Positions 13,484 through 26,762 are shown, counted from the stretch's first letter. The stretch: 64,000 nt of DNA from Octopus vulgaris (GCA_951406725.2 OX597821.1:40300001-40364000), one strand, 5' to 3'. Program-made: numbers and translations. The notes: a model not told the origin generated them from the letters alone.

Positions 13484-14020
13484 GTGCAGGTGCACAAGGC
13501 GGCGAGCTGGCAGAAATATTAGCACGCTGGGCGAAATGCGTAGTCGTATTTCGTCTGCCATTACGTTCTGAGTTCAAATTCCGCCGAAGATGACTTTGCC
13601 TTTCATCTTTTCGGGGTTGATTAAATAAGTACCACTTACGCACTGGGGTTGATGTAATCGACTTAATCTGTTTGTCTGTCCTTGTTTGTCCTCTCTGTGT
13701 TTAGCCCTTTGTGGGTATAGCTTAATGGGTAGAGTATTCAGCTCTCGATGATTGTGAGATTGACTCCCAGCAGTGTGTTGTATCCTTGAGCAAGACACTC
13801 TATTTCACATAGCTCCAGTCCACTCTGCTGGCAAGAATTAGTTGAACCTGCAATTCAAAGGGGCCAGCCTTGTCATATTTTGTATCAGGCTGAATCTCCC
13901 TGGGAATTACATTTAGGTTACATGTGTCTGTGGAGTGTTCAGCCACTTGCCCATTAATTTCACAACCAGGCTGTTCCTTCGATTGGATCAACTGGAACTC
14001 TCATCATTATAACCCTTGGT
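13484..14020 (+). mobile_element. tRNA-derived SINE type C flanked by a 22-bp TSD, interrupted by a type B SINE
   Basis: gtaccagttatatactgaggtt occurs at both 13462-13483 and 14021-14042. Head remnant tagcttaatgggtagag, core tgtatccttgagcaagacact. Confidence 0.75.
13498..13717 (+). mobile_element. SINE type B, young copy
   Basis: ggcggcgagctggcagaa (A box), gagttcaaattcc (B box), gcctttcatcttttcggggttgattaaataagtacc. Near-identical to 28421-28655. Confidence 0.9.
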
Positions 14021-14619
14021 GTACCAGTTATATACTGAGGTTTATTCAATAAGGTAAATTCTTTCCTTTCCAGAAACTGACATTGTATCTATTCATTATT
14101 TAAATACCATCACTAGCTAGTTCTTCCATTGGCAACTTTAGTTCCATTACCAGAATTTGGCACTGGTGGGGGTTGAGGTCAAAACTTTATGGGTGGCTAC
14201 TTTAATTCTAAATTATTCTAAAACTTTAAAGTATATTAATTTTTTTATTTACATTTATTATTGTATCACTTTTAAAATTTATAATGCCATTATTTTAATC
14301 AATACATGAACAAACTCTCAAGTCTTTCCTACATCTAAACCAACCATTTTAAAACAACTAAATTTTTTTCTAATATTGAAAATTTACAAAATCTATAAAA
14401 TTATTGAAAACCAATTTCAATACTAATAACTAACATAAATATTACATTTATAAGAAATAGCTTAGCATTATTGTAATCTTCTAACCATAAAACAAAAACT
14501 TTTTTTAATATTTTTTTTACTTGTTTCTGCCAATAGACTTTGGCCAAGCTGGAGCACTGCCATGAAGAGCTTAGTCGAACGAATCAACCTCAATAACTAT
14601 TTTTACATCATCTGGTGCT

Positions 14620-15030
14620 TATTCTTTTACTTGTTTCAGTCATTTGACTGTGGCCATGCTGGAGCACCGCCTTTAGTCGAGCAAATCGACACCAGGACTT
14701 ATTCTTTGTAAGCCTAGTACTTATTCTATTGGTCTCTTTTAGCTGAACCGCTAAGTTACGGGGACGTAAATACACCAGCATCTGTTGTAAAGCAATATTG
14801 GGGGGACAAACACAGACATGCAAACTTGTACACACACATACATATATATATATATACATATATACAATGGGCTTCTTTCAGTTTCCGTCTACCAAATCCA
14901 CTCACAAGGCTTTGGTTGGCATGAGGCTATAGTAGAAGACACTTGCCCAAGGTGCTACGCAGTGGGACTGAACCTGGAGGCATGTGGTTTGTAAGCAAGC
15001 TACTTACCACACAGCCACTCCTACACCTAT
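14620..15030 (-). mobile_element. SINE type A nested in an older type A copy (14515-15215)
   Basis: A full young copy flanked by tattct on both sides. The older copy's tail lies left of it and its body continues to the right. Confidence 0.85.
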
Positions 15031-15819
15031 TCTAACAATTTTGTTTGTCAAAGTGCCAAGAAATATGGATGTAAACAAACCAACACAAGCTGTAAAGTGA
15101 TAGTGAGGGACAAACACAAAGATATACATGCATAAATATACATACACACACACACACACATGGCAGGTTTTCACATGGTCACCATCTACCTAATTCACTC
15201 ATAAGGCATTCATCAGCCTTTTAAAGTATAGAAAGGTTTTTAAAAAACCTTTCTATGTTCTGTTTCCTTGCGTATTTATCCCTAAATGCAGAGATTATCT
15301 TGCATCAAAGAGCATAAACAGGATGCAAGTATATGATTCGAGACAGAGAAAGGAGATTCGCATAAAACAATGTTCATAGTGAATATAGAGGATACAGTGT
15401 ACAGTTTGTGGATAACTGGAAAAGCAGTCAGAAAGAGAAGTAGTGAAGAACAGATATTTGACAGCTTCTTAGGAGAAATGTTTTGTAAAATGTAATGTTT
15501 GGCAAAGCATAATTCATTGTGAAATGAGCTGTCCAAGTAGTTTATGGTAACAACTTCACAAATAAGAAATAAATTTAAAACTTGTAAAAATGTTTCTGAG
15601 TCTGGAGACAATGTTTCTATCCTTCTGCTTTGTTCATTAAAGTAATTTTAATGTTCTACAATACAGTTATCAAAAATATTGTTGTAGATAAGGTTAAAAA
15701 GTTCATTCTTGTTGTCACAAGTTCTGTCTTTGCATTGAAATAAATGCCTTTGTTTGTGTTCAGGAATTCTTTACAAGGATTGAAGAACAGAATAATCTTC
15801 TCCTAAATTAAAATTTTTA

Positions 15820-16169
15820 ATAGGCATAGGAGTGTCTGTGTGGTAAGTAGCTTGCTTACCAGTCACATGGTTCTGGGTTCAGTCCCACTGCATGGCACCT
15901 TGGGCAAGTGTCTTCTACTATAGATTTGGTAGACGGAAACTGAAAGAAGCCTGTCGTATATATATATATAGTTAATCCAAACAAGAAAACACAAAAAAAA
16001 AAACAACAACGCGAGGACGTGGAACAAATAAAGTATTATTGGATGGTCAGGAAAGAAGGGAAGAAGGAGGGTTTAACGTTTCGAGTGGAGCTCTTCGTCG
16101 GAAACATAGGAGAAGAAAAGATCCCGAGAAGGGAAGACAGAGGAAAAAAATCGCCAGCGGTACTCACGA

Positions 16170-16251
<82 letters not shown>

Positions 16252-16472
16252 ATGTTTGTGTGTCTATGTTTGTCCCCTCAACATCGCTTGACAACTGATG
16301 CTGGTGTGTTTATGTCCCCGTAATTTAGCAGTTCGGCAAAAAAGGACCGATAGAATAAGTGCTAGGCTTACAAAGAATAAGTCCTGGTGTCGATTTGTTC
16401 GACTAAAGGCGGTGCTCCAGCATGGCCACAGTCAAATGACTGAAACAAGTAAAAGAGTAAAGAGTAAGAGTA
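15820..16472 (+). mobile_element. SINE type A with a Penelope-like fragment inside its microsatellite
   Basis: Head aggagtgtctgtgtggtaag...gggttcagtccc and tail ggcggtgctccagcatggccacagtcaaatgactgaaacaagtaaaagagta. Insert at 15971-16175. Confidence 0.9.
16071..16105 (-). ncRNA. minimal hammerhead motif with U4>C core variant, in PLE terminal fragment 15971-16175
   Basis: Reverse complement gttt-CCGACGA-a-gag-ctcca-ctc-GAAA-c-gtt-aaac. Palindromic stem III AACGTT. Confidence 0.6.
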
Positions 16473-16817
16473 ACCTCTGAGTGGATGCTCTTCAATTTTC
16501 TTCTCTTATTTTCGTCTCTTTCAATATTTTCAGATGAACCACTGCCATAACTTTGTAAAAATTTGTTGCACAAAGAACTTTCAGCATCATGTCTTCAAGA
16601 AGAACGGCAACAAAAATAACAGAGGCTAGTAATTGGTTTCAAAATACCAGTTGTGTTGCTTCTATTCTGCTGTTTAGATCAGAACTACCATTTTCCTCAT
16701 CCAAAAGTTCTTGCATTATGTTCATAATTGGAAAATATGGCACTCACAACTGCTAGATATGCTGACCACTGTCTTTGCAACAAATATTTCAAATATATAA
16801 AGCACAGACAACTTTAG

Positions 16818-17185
16818 TCATCATCATCATCATCGTTTAACGTCCGCTTTCCATGCTAGTATGGGTTGGACGATTTGACCGAGGGCTGGTGAACCAGATG
16901 GCTGCACCAGGCTTAATCTGATCCAGCAGAGTTTCTACAGCTGGATGCCCTTCCTAATGCCAACCACTTTGAGAGTGTAGTGGGTGCTTTTACGTGCCAC
17001 TGGCACGAGGGCCGGTCACACAATACTGGCAATGGCCACACCCAAATGGTGTTTTTTATGTGCCACCTGCACACCGGCACAAGAGCCAGTAAAGCAACAC
17101 TGGTAATGATCATGCTCAAATGGTGCTTTTTACGTGCCACCAGCACAAACGCCAGTTAGCTGCTCTGGCAACAATATGCTCGGAT
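16818..17185 (-). mobile_element. RTE LINE 3' UTR
   Basis: (CAT)n-cgtttaacgtcc...ggatgcccttcctaatgccaacc plus three subrepeats. Confidence 0.85.
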
Positions 17186-17899
17186 AGAAAATTATAAAAT
17201 ACTTTGATGTGCTAAAACCTTAAAATCAACCTAACTACTTTCTTCAACTGCATATATAACAAACTCCACTCTTCATCAAAGCAGTGTACATACCAGATTT
17301 CTTTTCCAATGTTTTGATGCATTATTTCAGAGATGCCACTGGTGGAGCCAGACAATACTGAAATGCCTGCGTAGAATGAGACAAAATATTTCCCAGCTTT
17401 ACTGCAGTATCTTCAGCTCTTTGACATTATTATTAGCCAAGTTATCAACATGTAAAAGCTACCAAGCCCTCTAACACAACTCTCCGTTTTACAAACCTTA
17501 AAATGACTGAGAACTTCTAAACATCAACAAAACTACAAGTTCAGTGGAATATAAAAAAACTGGAATACCTCATTGTCAAATGCTATCATTCGTTTGATTC
17601 CAGACAACATATTTTGTAAGTGTATCATTTCATTTTGCAACTGAGCAGATATATACAAAAGATTCTTTGATATTTGTGAAGAAGCAGATTACCATCACTT
17701 AACAAGGCATTCAGTTTGCAATGTTTCACTTTAGCACAGTTTTGGTTTTGCTCAATAACTTATTTTATGTAATTGTTTAGAAATATCACTTTGTTGTTTC
17801 AATTTAATTTCTTTCATTTCTTTGACACTCGAAAATAATATTTTCTATGTCAGTTTTATCTTTTAGTAATTTGTTGAAAATTTTCAGCTAGTAATCATG

Positions 17900-19160
17900 T
17901 ACACCACCTCCACAGATATTTTGAGCATCTCCACAACTATTCCTGATAGGCAGCTTTCCTTCTCTTCATGTCCTTGATTGCCTTATCTATTAAACTGCTG
18001 CCAATATGAATTACTGGTCCTTCTGTAGAGTCAATATAAGCTAGCTCCTCTTTATTCCAAGAATTCTCCATTAGCACATCATTTTCTTGTCTTCTGTTTC
18101 TCTGACAATGATCATTTTCTCCTACACACTGTCTTATGATTCTGACCACCTCACACTTCTAATCCTCATGTAACAAGATGTGCACGAATCTCTTCCTCTC
18201 TGCTTCACACATAGCCAAGCCCATCTGTTACTTAGCTGCCCTTCCAGTCATTTAGTAATACTCCCTACTACCACCTTCCTTTCAAGTTTGTCAGTCTTTA
18301 CTGCCCCATTAATTGCATTGTTCCACCACTATATTACTTTCAGCTTGGCCAGGACTTTCCTCCAGCCATATCTGATCGGTAACCCTGAGCAGGTTGTTTT
18401 TTGTAAAAATTTAGTTTTCATCTATGTTATAAGTACCTAAATCTGCCTCCCTACAGCTATATATGTCTAGACTTCTCTAAATCTCTTCCTGTTTGCAGGA
18501 TCTTTTAGTTTCCATACTTTTGTTGACCATGACATTAGTCATTCCAGGGTATTCCTAGTTCTAACTCTGAAGTCATCAGTCACCAATCTATGTTGTGTAG
18601 TGCATTCTTTGTCAAAAAAATTGTTGGCATTCATAATAGCCCTTCTGTCCATTTTCCTGGTAGAAATGTAACGTACCTGAGTCGTGTGTGCATGCCAGAT
18701 TAACAACTGATGAGGCTGGTTTTCTAAAGTGTGTGTTGCAAATTGTTTGATAAGTTACATCACAGATCTCTAAGCGCCTTACTTCTTCATGCACAATATC
18801 CATAACCTCCTGAATGTTGTGGAAATCATTAGTGTGTTGGCCAACCTCTGAAGTTGTCGGCCAAAATACTGAACTTGCTGTCGATCATTGTTGCATTTAA
18901 TCTACAGATGGGTCTTATGGAAGTGGTCATTTTTTACTCCTGTTCACCCCACCTGTGGGGTATATGCAGAAATTAATGGTGGTGTTGAGTTACTTATAAC
19001 TAGTTTCATCTTAATTATCCTAACACCTACCCTGTATACCTCAGTCACTTTTTCTATCCATTTCTCTGCTGACAGCATGCCCACTTCACCCCTGCTGCTA
19101 TCACTATTACTTACCCAGAAGAATTTCCATTGCTATCTCTTGCCTATGAAGAATTTGGTT
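17900..19160 (-). mobile_element. RTE LINE AP-endonuclease and linker region, decayed
   Basis: Minus strand reads WKFFWVS...AEKWIEKVTEV...ISAYTPQVG and EEVRRLEICD..TICNTHFRKPAS. Confidence 0.8.
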
Positions 19161-19173
19161 GAGGTTTATTTAT

Positions 19174-19775
19174 ATCATCATCATCATCATCATCATTTAA
19201 CGTCCGTTTTCCATGCTGGCATGGGTTGGACAGTTTAACTGGGGTCTTGGATGCCAGGAGGCTGCACCAAGCTCAAGTCTAATCTGGCAGTGTTTCTACA
19301 GCTGGATACCCTTCCTAACACTAACCACTCCGAGAGTGTAGTGGGTGCTCTTTTACATGTCACCAGCAAAGGGGCCAGAGGAGGCTGGCATCAACCACAA
19401 TTGGATGGTGCTTTTTACATGTCACTGGCACAGAGGCCAGAGGGGGCTGGCATCGATCACGATTGGATGGTGCTTTTTACGTTCAACTGGCACAGGGATC
19501 ACAGCTACAATTTCCATTTGAATGTGATTTGATTTGGCTTTGATGCACTTGACTCAATAGGTCTCCTCAAGCATGGCATGTCCCCCTACAATCCAAGTAA
19601 CTGTTGAGTGAGCTGGTTATGCGACACTGGTGTGGGTTACAGCTGTGAACTCACTTTATTTGCTGGGTCTTCTCAGTCACAGCATATCTCCAGAGGTCTC
19701 AGTCTTTTGTCATTGCCTCTATGAGGCCCAATGTTCGAACGTGGTCATGCTTCACCATGTCATCTCATGTCTTCC
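19174..19775 (-). mobile_element. RTE LINE 3' end (C-terminal coding plus UTR)
   Basis: Minus strand KT*DDMVKHDHVRTLGL.EAMTKD*DLWRYAV, followed by the subrepeat UTR and the (GAT)n tail. Confidence 0.85.
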
Positions 19776-20760
19776 AAATGATTGTGTATATTTTTGGCTC
19801 CACGGATCCTTATGAGAGATTCTCTCAAGGTAAATAAGGCAATATTCTGTCTTCTAACATGGCCACCACGTCAAGTTGAAGATAAAGATTAAGTTTTGGT
19901 ATTTATACTGCTTCTGTTGCTATTAATTATCTGGTTATTTGTGGCACCAGTGTCTGAAGAGACTCTGAGATTTTATGCATTGTTGATGAGAGATTCAGTT
20001 GTTATGATGCAACTGGATATCTGTTATTGAGGAACCCATACCAGGGTGAAATCATGTGATCCGGGAGTTCTGGCTGTCCTAGCAGACAGTTCTTGTCTGT
20101 CAATCATATAATTACATGTGATTTCATGCACCATGAGTCTCCTGATGAGAGATTATCTCAAAGCAAATACTTCAGTATTCTGTGTTCTAACACAACCTCC
20201 ACATTAAAATGCAGAGCAAGATTATCTTAAATCCCTGTCTATTCTGTGGACTAACAAGAAGATAATTAATAGAATTCCTGAATGTCTATTGAGATGCCTA
20301 CATGCATATAAATGTACTTTTGCACACTGCAGTGAGATTGAACTTTGAGTAACCGTTAACTTAATGTAATTTCATTTGCTTTAAGATATGGAAGACTTAA
20401 GTATACTTTTAACCTTCCTATTCTTGTAAACACCTACTAAATAACTAACTCACTTTGTAATTATGAGTGCTCCTAACCGTGCATGTGCATATGCTCACAC
20501 TTTTGCTAATGCTTGTATGAGCATGTGTACTCGTGCCATGCTGCTTGCCCAAGGGTGTTTATACATCCATATCGGTTAACGGTTATTTTCAATGCCTTTC
20601 TCACTGGTTTGTGTGTTCGTTTCTCTCTTTGTCTTCAACAATTTTATTTTTGGATCTTCTATATATCTGAAGAATTTTCCTCCGTCTGGCTGTTTTTCTC
20701 TCTACAAAATGGAAAGTTGCATTATGGAACAGTTATTTTAATGAGATTTTTTATTTATTC

Positions 20761-20846
20761 ATCACCCAACGAGATACTCCTGAACCAGATTTTGTGTGTC
20801 CCACAAGAGGAGTCGATGCTGGATGTGTCGAAACAATTGTTGTGAT
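20761..20846 (+). ncRNA. degenerate hammerhead ribozyme with long stem II
   Basis: atcac-ccaacga-gatac...gtgtc-GAAA-caatt-gtt-gtgat. Stem I atcac/gtgat, stem II base gatac/gtgtc, palindromic stem III ACAATTGT. The first core box is mutated. Confidence 0.55.
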
Positions 20847-21179
20847 TAATAATATATTCTCATATATTCCATCTTCTGTCTTTCATTTGTTATCTCTCTC
20901 TCTCTTTTACTCTTTTACTTGTTTCAGTCATTTGACTGCGGCCATACACACACACACACACATGTACATGTATATACACACACATAATTATACACATATG
21001 ACATGTACACATACATACATATATGCATATAAATATAAATAGACATGCAAATATGCACACATACACACACACACACTCACACACACACAGCAGTACAAAC
21101 GTGGTAATCATATTTTTATTCCTCTTTCTATAACTGTCTTTTTTATATTTTGAATGTTTCTTTTATTAAAATGTATCTC

Positions 21180-21760
21180 ACTTGATATACAGGAATTCCA
21201 TTTGTACAGTGACTTGGGAAATGAATCTGCTGTGTAGGCCAAGGGACAAATGCATTTTTCTTAATTTGGTGTCTTTTGTGAGAGTACATTGAAAATACCA
21301 TGGAAAATGACCAGAAAATCCATTGTGATTGTCATTATATAAACAGGTGAGGAAGCTCAAGTTCATTATTGCACAAAAACTGTCTCCTGTCTATAATGTA
21401 TGGCGTTTCATATTGATCATTTACAATTGATCTTCACCTTCCATTGGAGATATATTCTGATTTGTTATCCTGCTTTTCTGACTTTCTCTCCCCAATTTTC
21501 ATTGCATTTCTATATGCGATAGAATTATCATTCCTGCTAAAATTCCTTGCTTTTGACAAAGCATTGTGTTAGTTAGTAAATCTTTGAATGTTAAAACGAT
21601 TACCAGTATTTGGAGTGGTATAAAAACCATGGCAACTGAAACAGGATGTAACCATGGAAAGAACTGGAAGCTCTAACGAATGGCTTCTACTGAACCATGA
21701 AGCACAGAAGTCCTGTTTTTATTTATTGTGTTGCATTGGATAATACATAGTTAGTTTCAG
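21180..21760 (-). pseudogene. hAT transposase relic, N-terminal TTF-type zinc-finger region
   Basis: Minus strand QDFCASWFSRSHSLE....TSCFSCHGF...FNIQRFTN*HNALSK...FS....AM (cf. RSF..SW....WLEYS....FCF.C..F....GF.NWK.A). This is followed by GHF..YFQCTLTKDTKL. Confidence 0.65.
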
Positions 21761-22214
21761 TTGGCATGGCATCATATTCTAATCCAGATAAATCAAGTTT
21801 AGTACAAGAATCATTTTGCACAGATTGCATGACATCAGCTACTAAACTAGTTAAAGGTTAGTGTACCATTGCAGAATCATCTGATTTGAACTGAGTTGGA
21901 ATAGGAAGCATCTCCTCGGTCTTGTGATTTTCACACGTCTTGGAAGTTTTAGAACTTTCAACCAAAAAACATAAGCAAGAATGTTTTTCTGGCTTTGTTG
22001 AAAATGTGATCCATTAGTGAAACCCAACAAAATCCCATATACTAATGTAAATTTTTTTCACATGCTGATGCTACTTAAAAAGCACCCATGCGGGTGCTAT
22101 GTAAAAAGGTCCCAACACCACCATCTTCACAGTACACTCTCTAAAGTGGTTAACATTATGAAGGGCATTCAACCATAGAAACCATGCCAAAACAGGCAAC
22201 TGGAGCCTGGTTCA

Positions 22215-22357
<143 letters not shown>

Positions 22358-22509
22358 CCAATAATGGCTTGACTGGCTGAAACTTCACAGACACTGTCAA
22401 CAACATTCTTGTATAACAATATAAATTCATACTTTAGAAAAGTATAGAGTACGCCATCAGATTAATATAAAATTGTTTTTATTATAACTAAACATAAAAG
22501 CAAACATTA

Positions 22510-22810
22510 ACTTCTGGCAACCTCAGTCCAACCCCTCCACCTCTTCCCTAAGCTACCCCTTCCCTCCTCAAATGAGCCCATAACCTGCATGACCTTCTGG
22601 TCCACAGTTTCTTCCCTACCCTCACCTCCCAGCCTGGCTCCTTCCCCTGCACCTTGTCCATGCTGTTGCACCTGCCCCTACCTCTCCAACAGCACCAACT
22701 TCACAGGTACCCATCACCATCCCTATCATGTCACCGACTCCTTTACCTGCGCCTCTAGTAATGTAATCTGTAATATGTCCTTTCCTGTACATTGGTCAAA
22801 TAGGATGACG
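22510..22810 (+). mobile_element. Penelope-like GIY-YIG endonuclease N-terminal fragment
   Basis: ORF 22589-22819 reads CPCCCTCPYLSNSTNFTG...YHVTDSFTCASSNVICNMS, which matches the PLE motif C....C.TCP.......F.I...FTC.S.NVIY.I.C. A pLTR-like segment with a degenerate hammerhead follows at 23090-23330. Confidence 0.75.
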
Positions 22811-23504
22811 CTTGGCTGATGCATAAACACATGCAACATGCATAAACAAAAATAACTTTTGCTCACAAACATATACTATACACATGCACACTAATTGGTC
22901 ACAGACAGACACATACACATGTGCGCGCGCACACACACACCACTTGAAAAAGCACACATCAACTGCTACGCACAATACACACACAATCACACACACACAC
23001 ACACAAACACACATCAGACTCACTCACCCCCATCCACACATACACACTCACACACACCATTCTCACATACACACACATGCTTGTGCACCTTAGTCCATTG
23101 GGATCCCCACTACTCCCTTTCATTCAACCTCCTTTTTTTTAGTCATCTGGCCATGTTGGGCTGCTGAACTCTACCCAGTTTTTCTCTTTCCATTTTTTTG
23201 CCTCTTATTCCTTTCTGTCAAAGAACATAGGCTTGAAACGAAAAAGACTTTTCCCTTTTAACCAGGCGTCAAACCTGCCTTTTGTTCCTACACCTGTCTT
23301 CATCTTTTGTTTTCTGTAAATTTGAACTATATCAATAACGAAAATAATTGAGAATTAAAAAGTTAGACATACCCATATCACCATGATTTTGAACTTTTAG
23401 AAATATCCTTAGTTCTCATCATATATATATTCAAATAATTTCTATTCACTCTGATCACCCTTTTAAATTTCCTGTGGCATTTACAAGCATGTATTTATCT
23501 CTGT

Positions 23505-24090
23505 GTCAGGTGAGGATGTAGACAAGCTGGTTGTGTGTCCCCCAGATTGATAAGTGATCAGATGGTTGGCAGATTTTCTGAAGTTGGTGTTGTAGACCAG
23601 TAAGCCATGAGCATTGCAAAACTCCAGCAGCCTTGTTCCCTCCTCATTTCAGGAGCCAAAGCCATAGTCACCCTGCACACCCAGAAATCCATCAGAGTGT
23701 TTTACAACATACCCATTGAAATCACTTGCCATGATGGAAATGTCATTGTCTTTTGTCATCAAGTTAGTTCCCAGAAGAGATTCGTGGAAGTGGTCCTTCT
23801 GAGTATCTGCAAGTCCAGCATGGAGAGCACAAGCAGAGATAACTAATAATTACATACAACAAGGCTATTCTTAGGTTAATAATCCTATCACATATCCTAA
23901 CTACTTCAATCACCTTATCCACCTATTTCTCTGGGACTAGAATACCTATGCCACTTCAGCCTTCATTGTTGCCTACCCAGAAAAATTTATATTTATATCC
24001 TTTGCCCATAAGCAGTCTAGCTGAAGCACCTCTCCATTGTACCTCCTGAACACAGCATGCATCTACATGTCTCTGGGCCTGTAGGACTGG
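23505..24090 (-). mobile_element. RTE LINE AP-endonuclease fragment
   Basis: RHVDACCVQEVQWRGASARLLMGKGYKYKFFWVGNNEG and NEEGTRLLEFCNAHGLLVYNTNFRKSANHLITYQSGG. Confidence 0.9.
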
Positions 24091-24254
24091 AAACAAGTCT
24101 GGGGAACTGTTTTCAAGGAAGGCAGGGGAAATGCCTGGAGGCCGTGGGTCTCTATGCTTAGAGAAATAATGTTGCAACTTCAGTTTCAAATTTCTTCTGT
24201 TCCAGAGCCTTCTCAATTGAAATCTTCCATCAAAATTTCATGTTAATTCACCTT

Positions 24255-24620
24255 CCAAAAGGTTTCACAATAATGGGTTCAGTCCCACTGCATGGCCCCT
24301 TGGGCAAGTGTCTTCTACTATTGTCTTGGGCTGACCAAAGCCTTGTGAGTGGATTTGGTAGACGGAAACTGAAAGAAGCCCGTCGTATATATGTATATGT
24401 ATATATATATGTGTGTGTGTGTTTGTGTGTCTGTATTTGTTGCCCCAACATCGCTTGACAACTGATGTTGGTGTGTTTATGTCCCCGTAACTTAGCAGTT
24501 CGGCAAAAGAGACCGATAAAATAAGTAGTAGGCTTACAAAGAATAAGTCTGGGGTCGATTTGCTCGACTAAAGGCGCTGCTCCAGCATGGCCACAGTCAA
24601 ATGACTGAAACAAGTAAAAA
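24255..24620 (+). mobile_element. SINE type A, 5'-eroded
   Basis: B box gggttcagtccc through the tail gactgaaacaagtaaaa. Confidence 0.9.
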
Positions 24621-25240
24621 AAAATATTTTCAAAACTAATTCAACAAAAATACAGTATCAAAATAGTTAATTGTAGTTCAGCTTTGATGAAGCAGATTCA
24701 TGACAAAAGGCATTTCAGACATGACCACCCAGTTTTTGCTTCCTTTATATTTACATAACTTTAGTACATCAAGAACTATCTGATCCAGGGATTATTTATA
24801 TTGTTTAACCCCAGATCATCCTTGATTAAGTAGACTTATGACTGTTTTTTCTTCTATTCAAACAATTTATTTAGGACTCCATTTTCCAGTGTGTTTATTT
24901 TTTTGGATAGTAGGATGTGATTTGAGGAAGGCTTGGTTGCTGTTTCTATCAGGGCAAATCCTTGCATCGATGTTCCCTTGACAACTCATCCATGGCGGCT
25001 GTGGTTTAGTAAACAAACACAATAATTTTCCAGTTTAGACTGATTATATTCTCAGGTCTAGAGATATCTGAACACTTGTTGCATGAACCAGCAGAGTTGA
25101 AAGAATTTCAATAAAGGCAGAGCTCCAGCATGGCCACATTCAAATGACTGAAACAAGTAAAAAAGTAAAGAAGTAGAAGAATGCTGGAATGAGAAACAAT
25201 GGTTTTGGAGTGAAGAGAAGTGAGGGAGCTAAGAGGGATA

Positions 25241-25452
25241 TGACGGTGTGCTGAAAAGTTCAGCTTTAAGGGTATCGCGAAAGGCCTGGTTAGAGGCCCA
25301 ACCTTCTGAGTTCTTTTACAGGGCTAAGAAAAACTGAAGGACTGCTGCAATATGAGTGTGAATCTAAGAGGGGAATATGTTAAATAGAATCATAATTAAC
25401 TGATCCTCCTGTATTTTCTTTTGCCCCAAACCAGGAACTTTTTCCCCCCTTG
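25241..25452 (+). mobile_element. mariner-derived MITE
   Basis: TA-flanked TIR-like ends tgacggtgtgctgaaaagtt ... ccaggaactttttccccccttg. The interior resembles a mariner C-terminus (FF..GL.KL......C..L.GEYV). Confidence 0.75.
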
Positions 25453-26283
25453 TATATCAAGGAATTTTTATGAAGTGGTGGACACAAGGAAATGGATTAT
25501 ATTATTCCTTTGAGATTCCATTTTGACATGCATTTCTTGTTCTCTCTCTCTCTCTCTCTCTTTCCCTCACTCTCTCTTTCTCACTCTTTCTCCCCCACCA
25601 CTTGTTTCTCTCCTCATAAACATCTTCCATGATATATTTTGATTTCTAATACGGAAATTATTGACTAAGGTAAAACAGGTAAGATCACCCTTGGATAATA
25701 TAGGGCTACTACTATAGATATCAGCTGCATAGATCAGGTGTAACCCTAGGAAATTTTTTTTAAATATTTGGATTTGCAGAGAGGATTACTGTAATTGGAG
25801 ATGACTTAATCTTCTAAATTATTTGGTTAATCTTTTAGTAGAACTGAACAGAGAAGGTGAATTGAGTTTAAAATAAGTACAAATACAGTTTGTCTCAGTG
25901 ACATGATGGTAGATTTGGAATAGAGCGGCAATTGTAATGAAGTCTCCTGGGAGTCTAAGGGTTTGTCATTGAAGAATATGTTTGATCATGAAGGGCCAAG
26001 AAATTGATTCCATCATGCACACTTATATACACATGCCCAACTGAAGCATCACACACACCACACACACATATATACATGTGTAAAAATGTGTATGTGTGCA
26101 TCTATCTACATACATATATATATATATATATACAAATGTATGTATGTATATACATATATATTATATATATCATGTATATTATATATATATATATATGATA
26201 TACACACACGTACACATGTATATGTATATATATACATCATCATCACCATTTCATCATTTAAAATCCATGTTCCATGCTTGCAT

Positions 26284-26328
<45 letters not shown>

Positions 26329-26762
26329 TGCACGGACACTCACATACATACATACGCACATATGTATGTATGTATGTATGTATGGTATGTATGCATGTAT
26401 GTTCAGAGTTTAAATATTTCCGGTCCCATTCACAACCTCCCTCAGTAGCAAGTTTACAGTGACAGCCATGCAAAATTCATATCCATATTTTCTATTTGAA
26501 TGTTTCTATTAAAGAGAATTTCGAGTTTGGCATATTCCATTTCTCAAATGTTAATGTTTGTATGAAGTTTGAAGGGTTGTCATTTACATCATGAAGTATA
26601 TGTCGCAAGCATTTCCTCTTTGTCATTGTTGATTTGAGTGTTTCAAAGGAATAGGTTCCAAAGAAAATGCTTTATAACTGTGTCAAATGTGGAGTTCAGA
26701 GGCAATCAATCACAAAGTAATACACATGCGTACACGTCCAAGTACGTACTTATGGACACACA

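Larger units (their letters stand above)
15280..17900 (-). pseudogene. hAT transposase relic (ZMYM1-like), interrupted by later insertions
   Basis: Collinear minus-strand motifs: YISAQLQNEMI (~17640; cf. YTS..IQNE), GISVLSGSTSG...VHC (~17300-17365; cf. DGASVMSG...YVHC) and LKYLLQRQWSA (~16770; cf. LK.L...RW). The segment FPVIHKLY...CESPFS...MQDNL (15282-15430) resembles the hAT dimerisation domain. Confidence 0.75.

Noticed and set aside
16408-16450. SINE tail hairpin followed by GAAAC as a hammerhead half
   Set aside because: No CUGANGA precedes the stem in any copy. It is treated instead as a LINE-recognition stem-loop.
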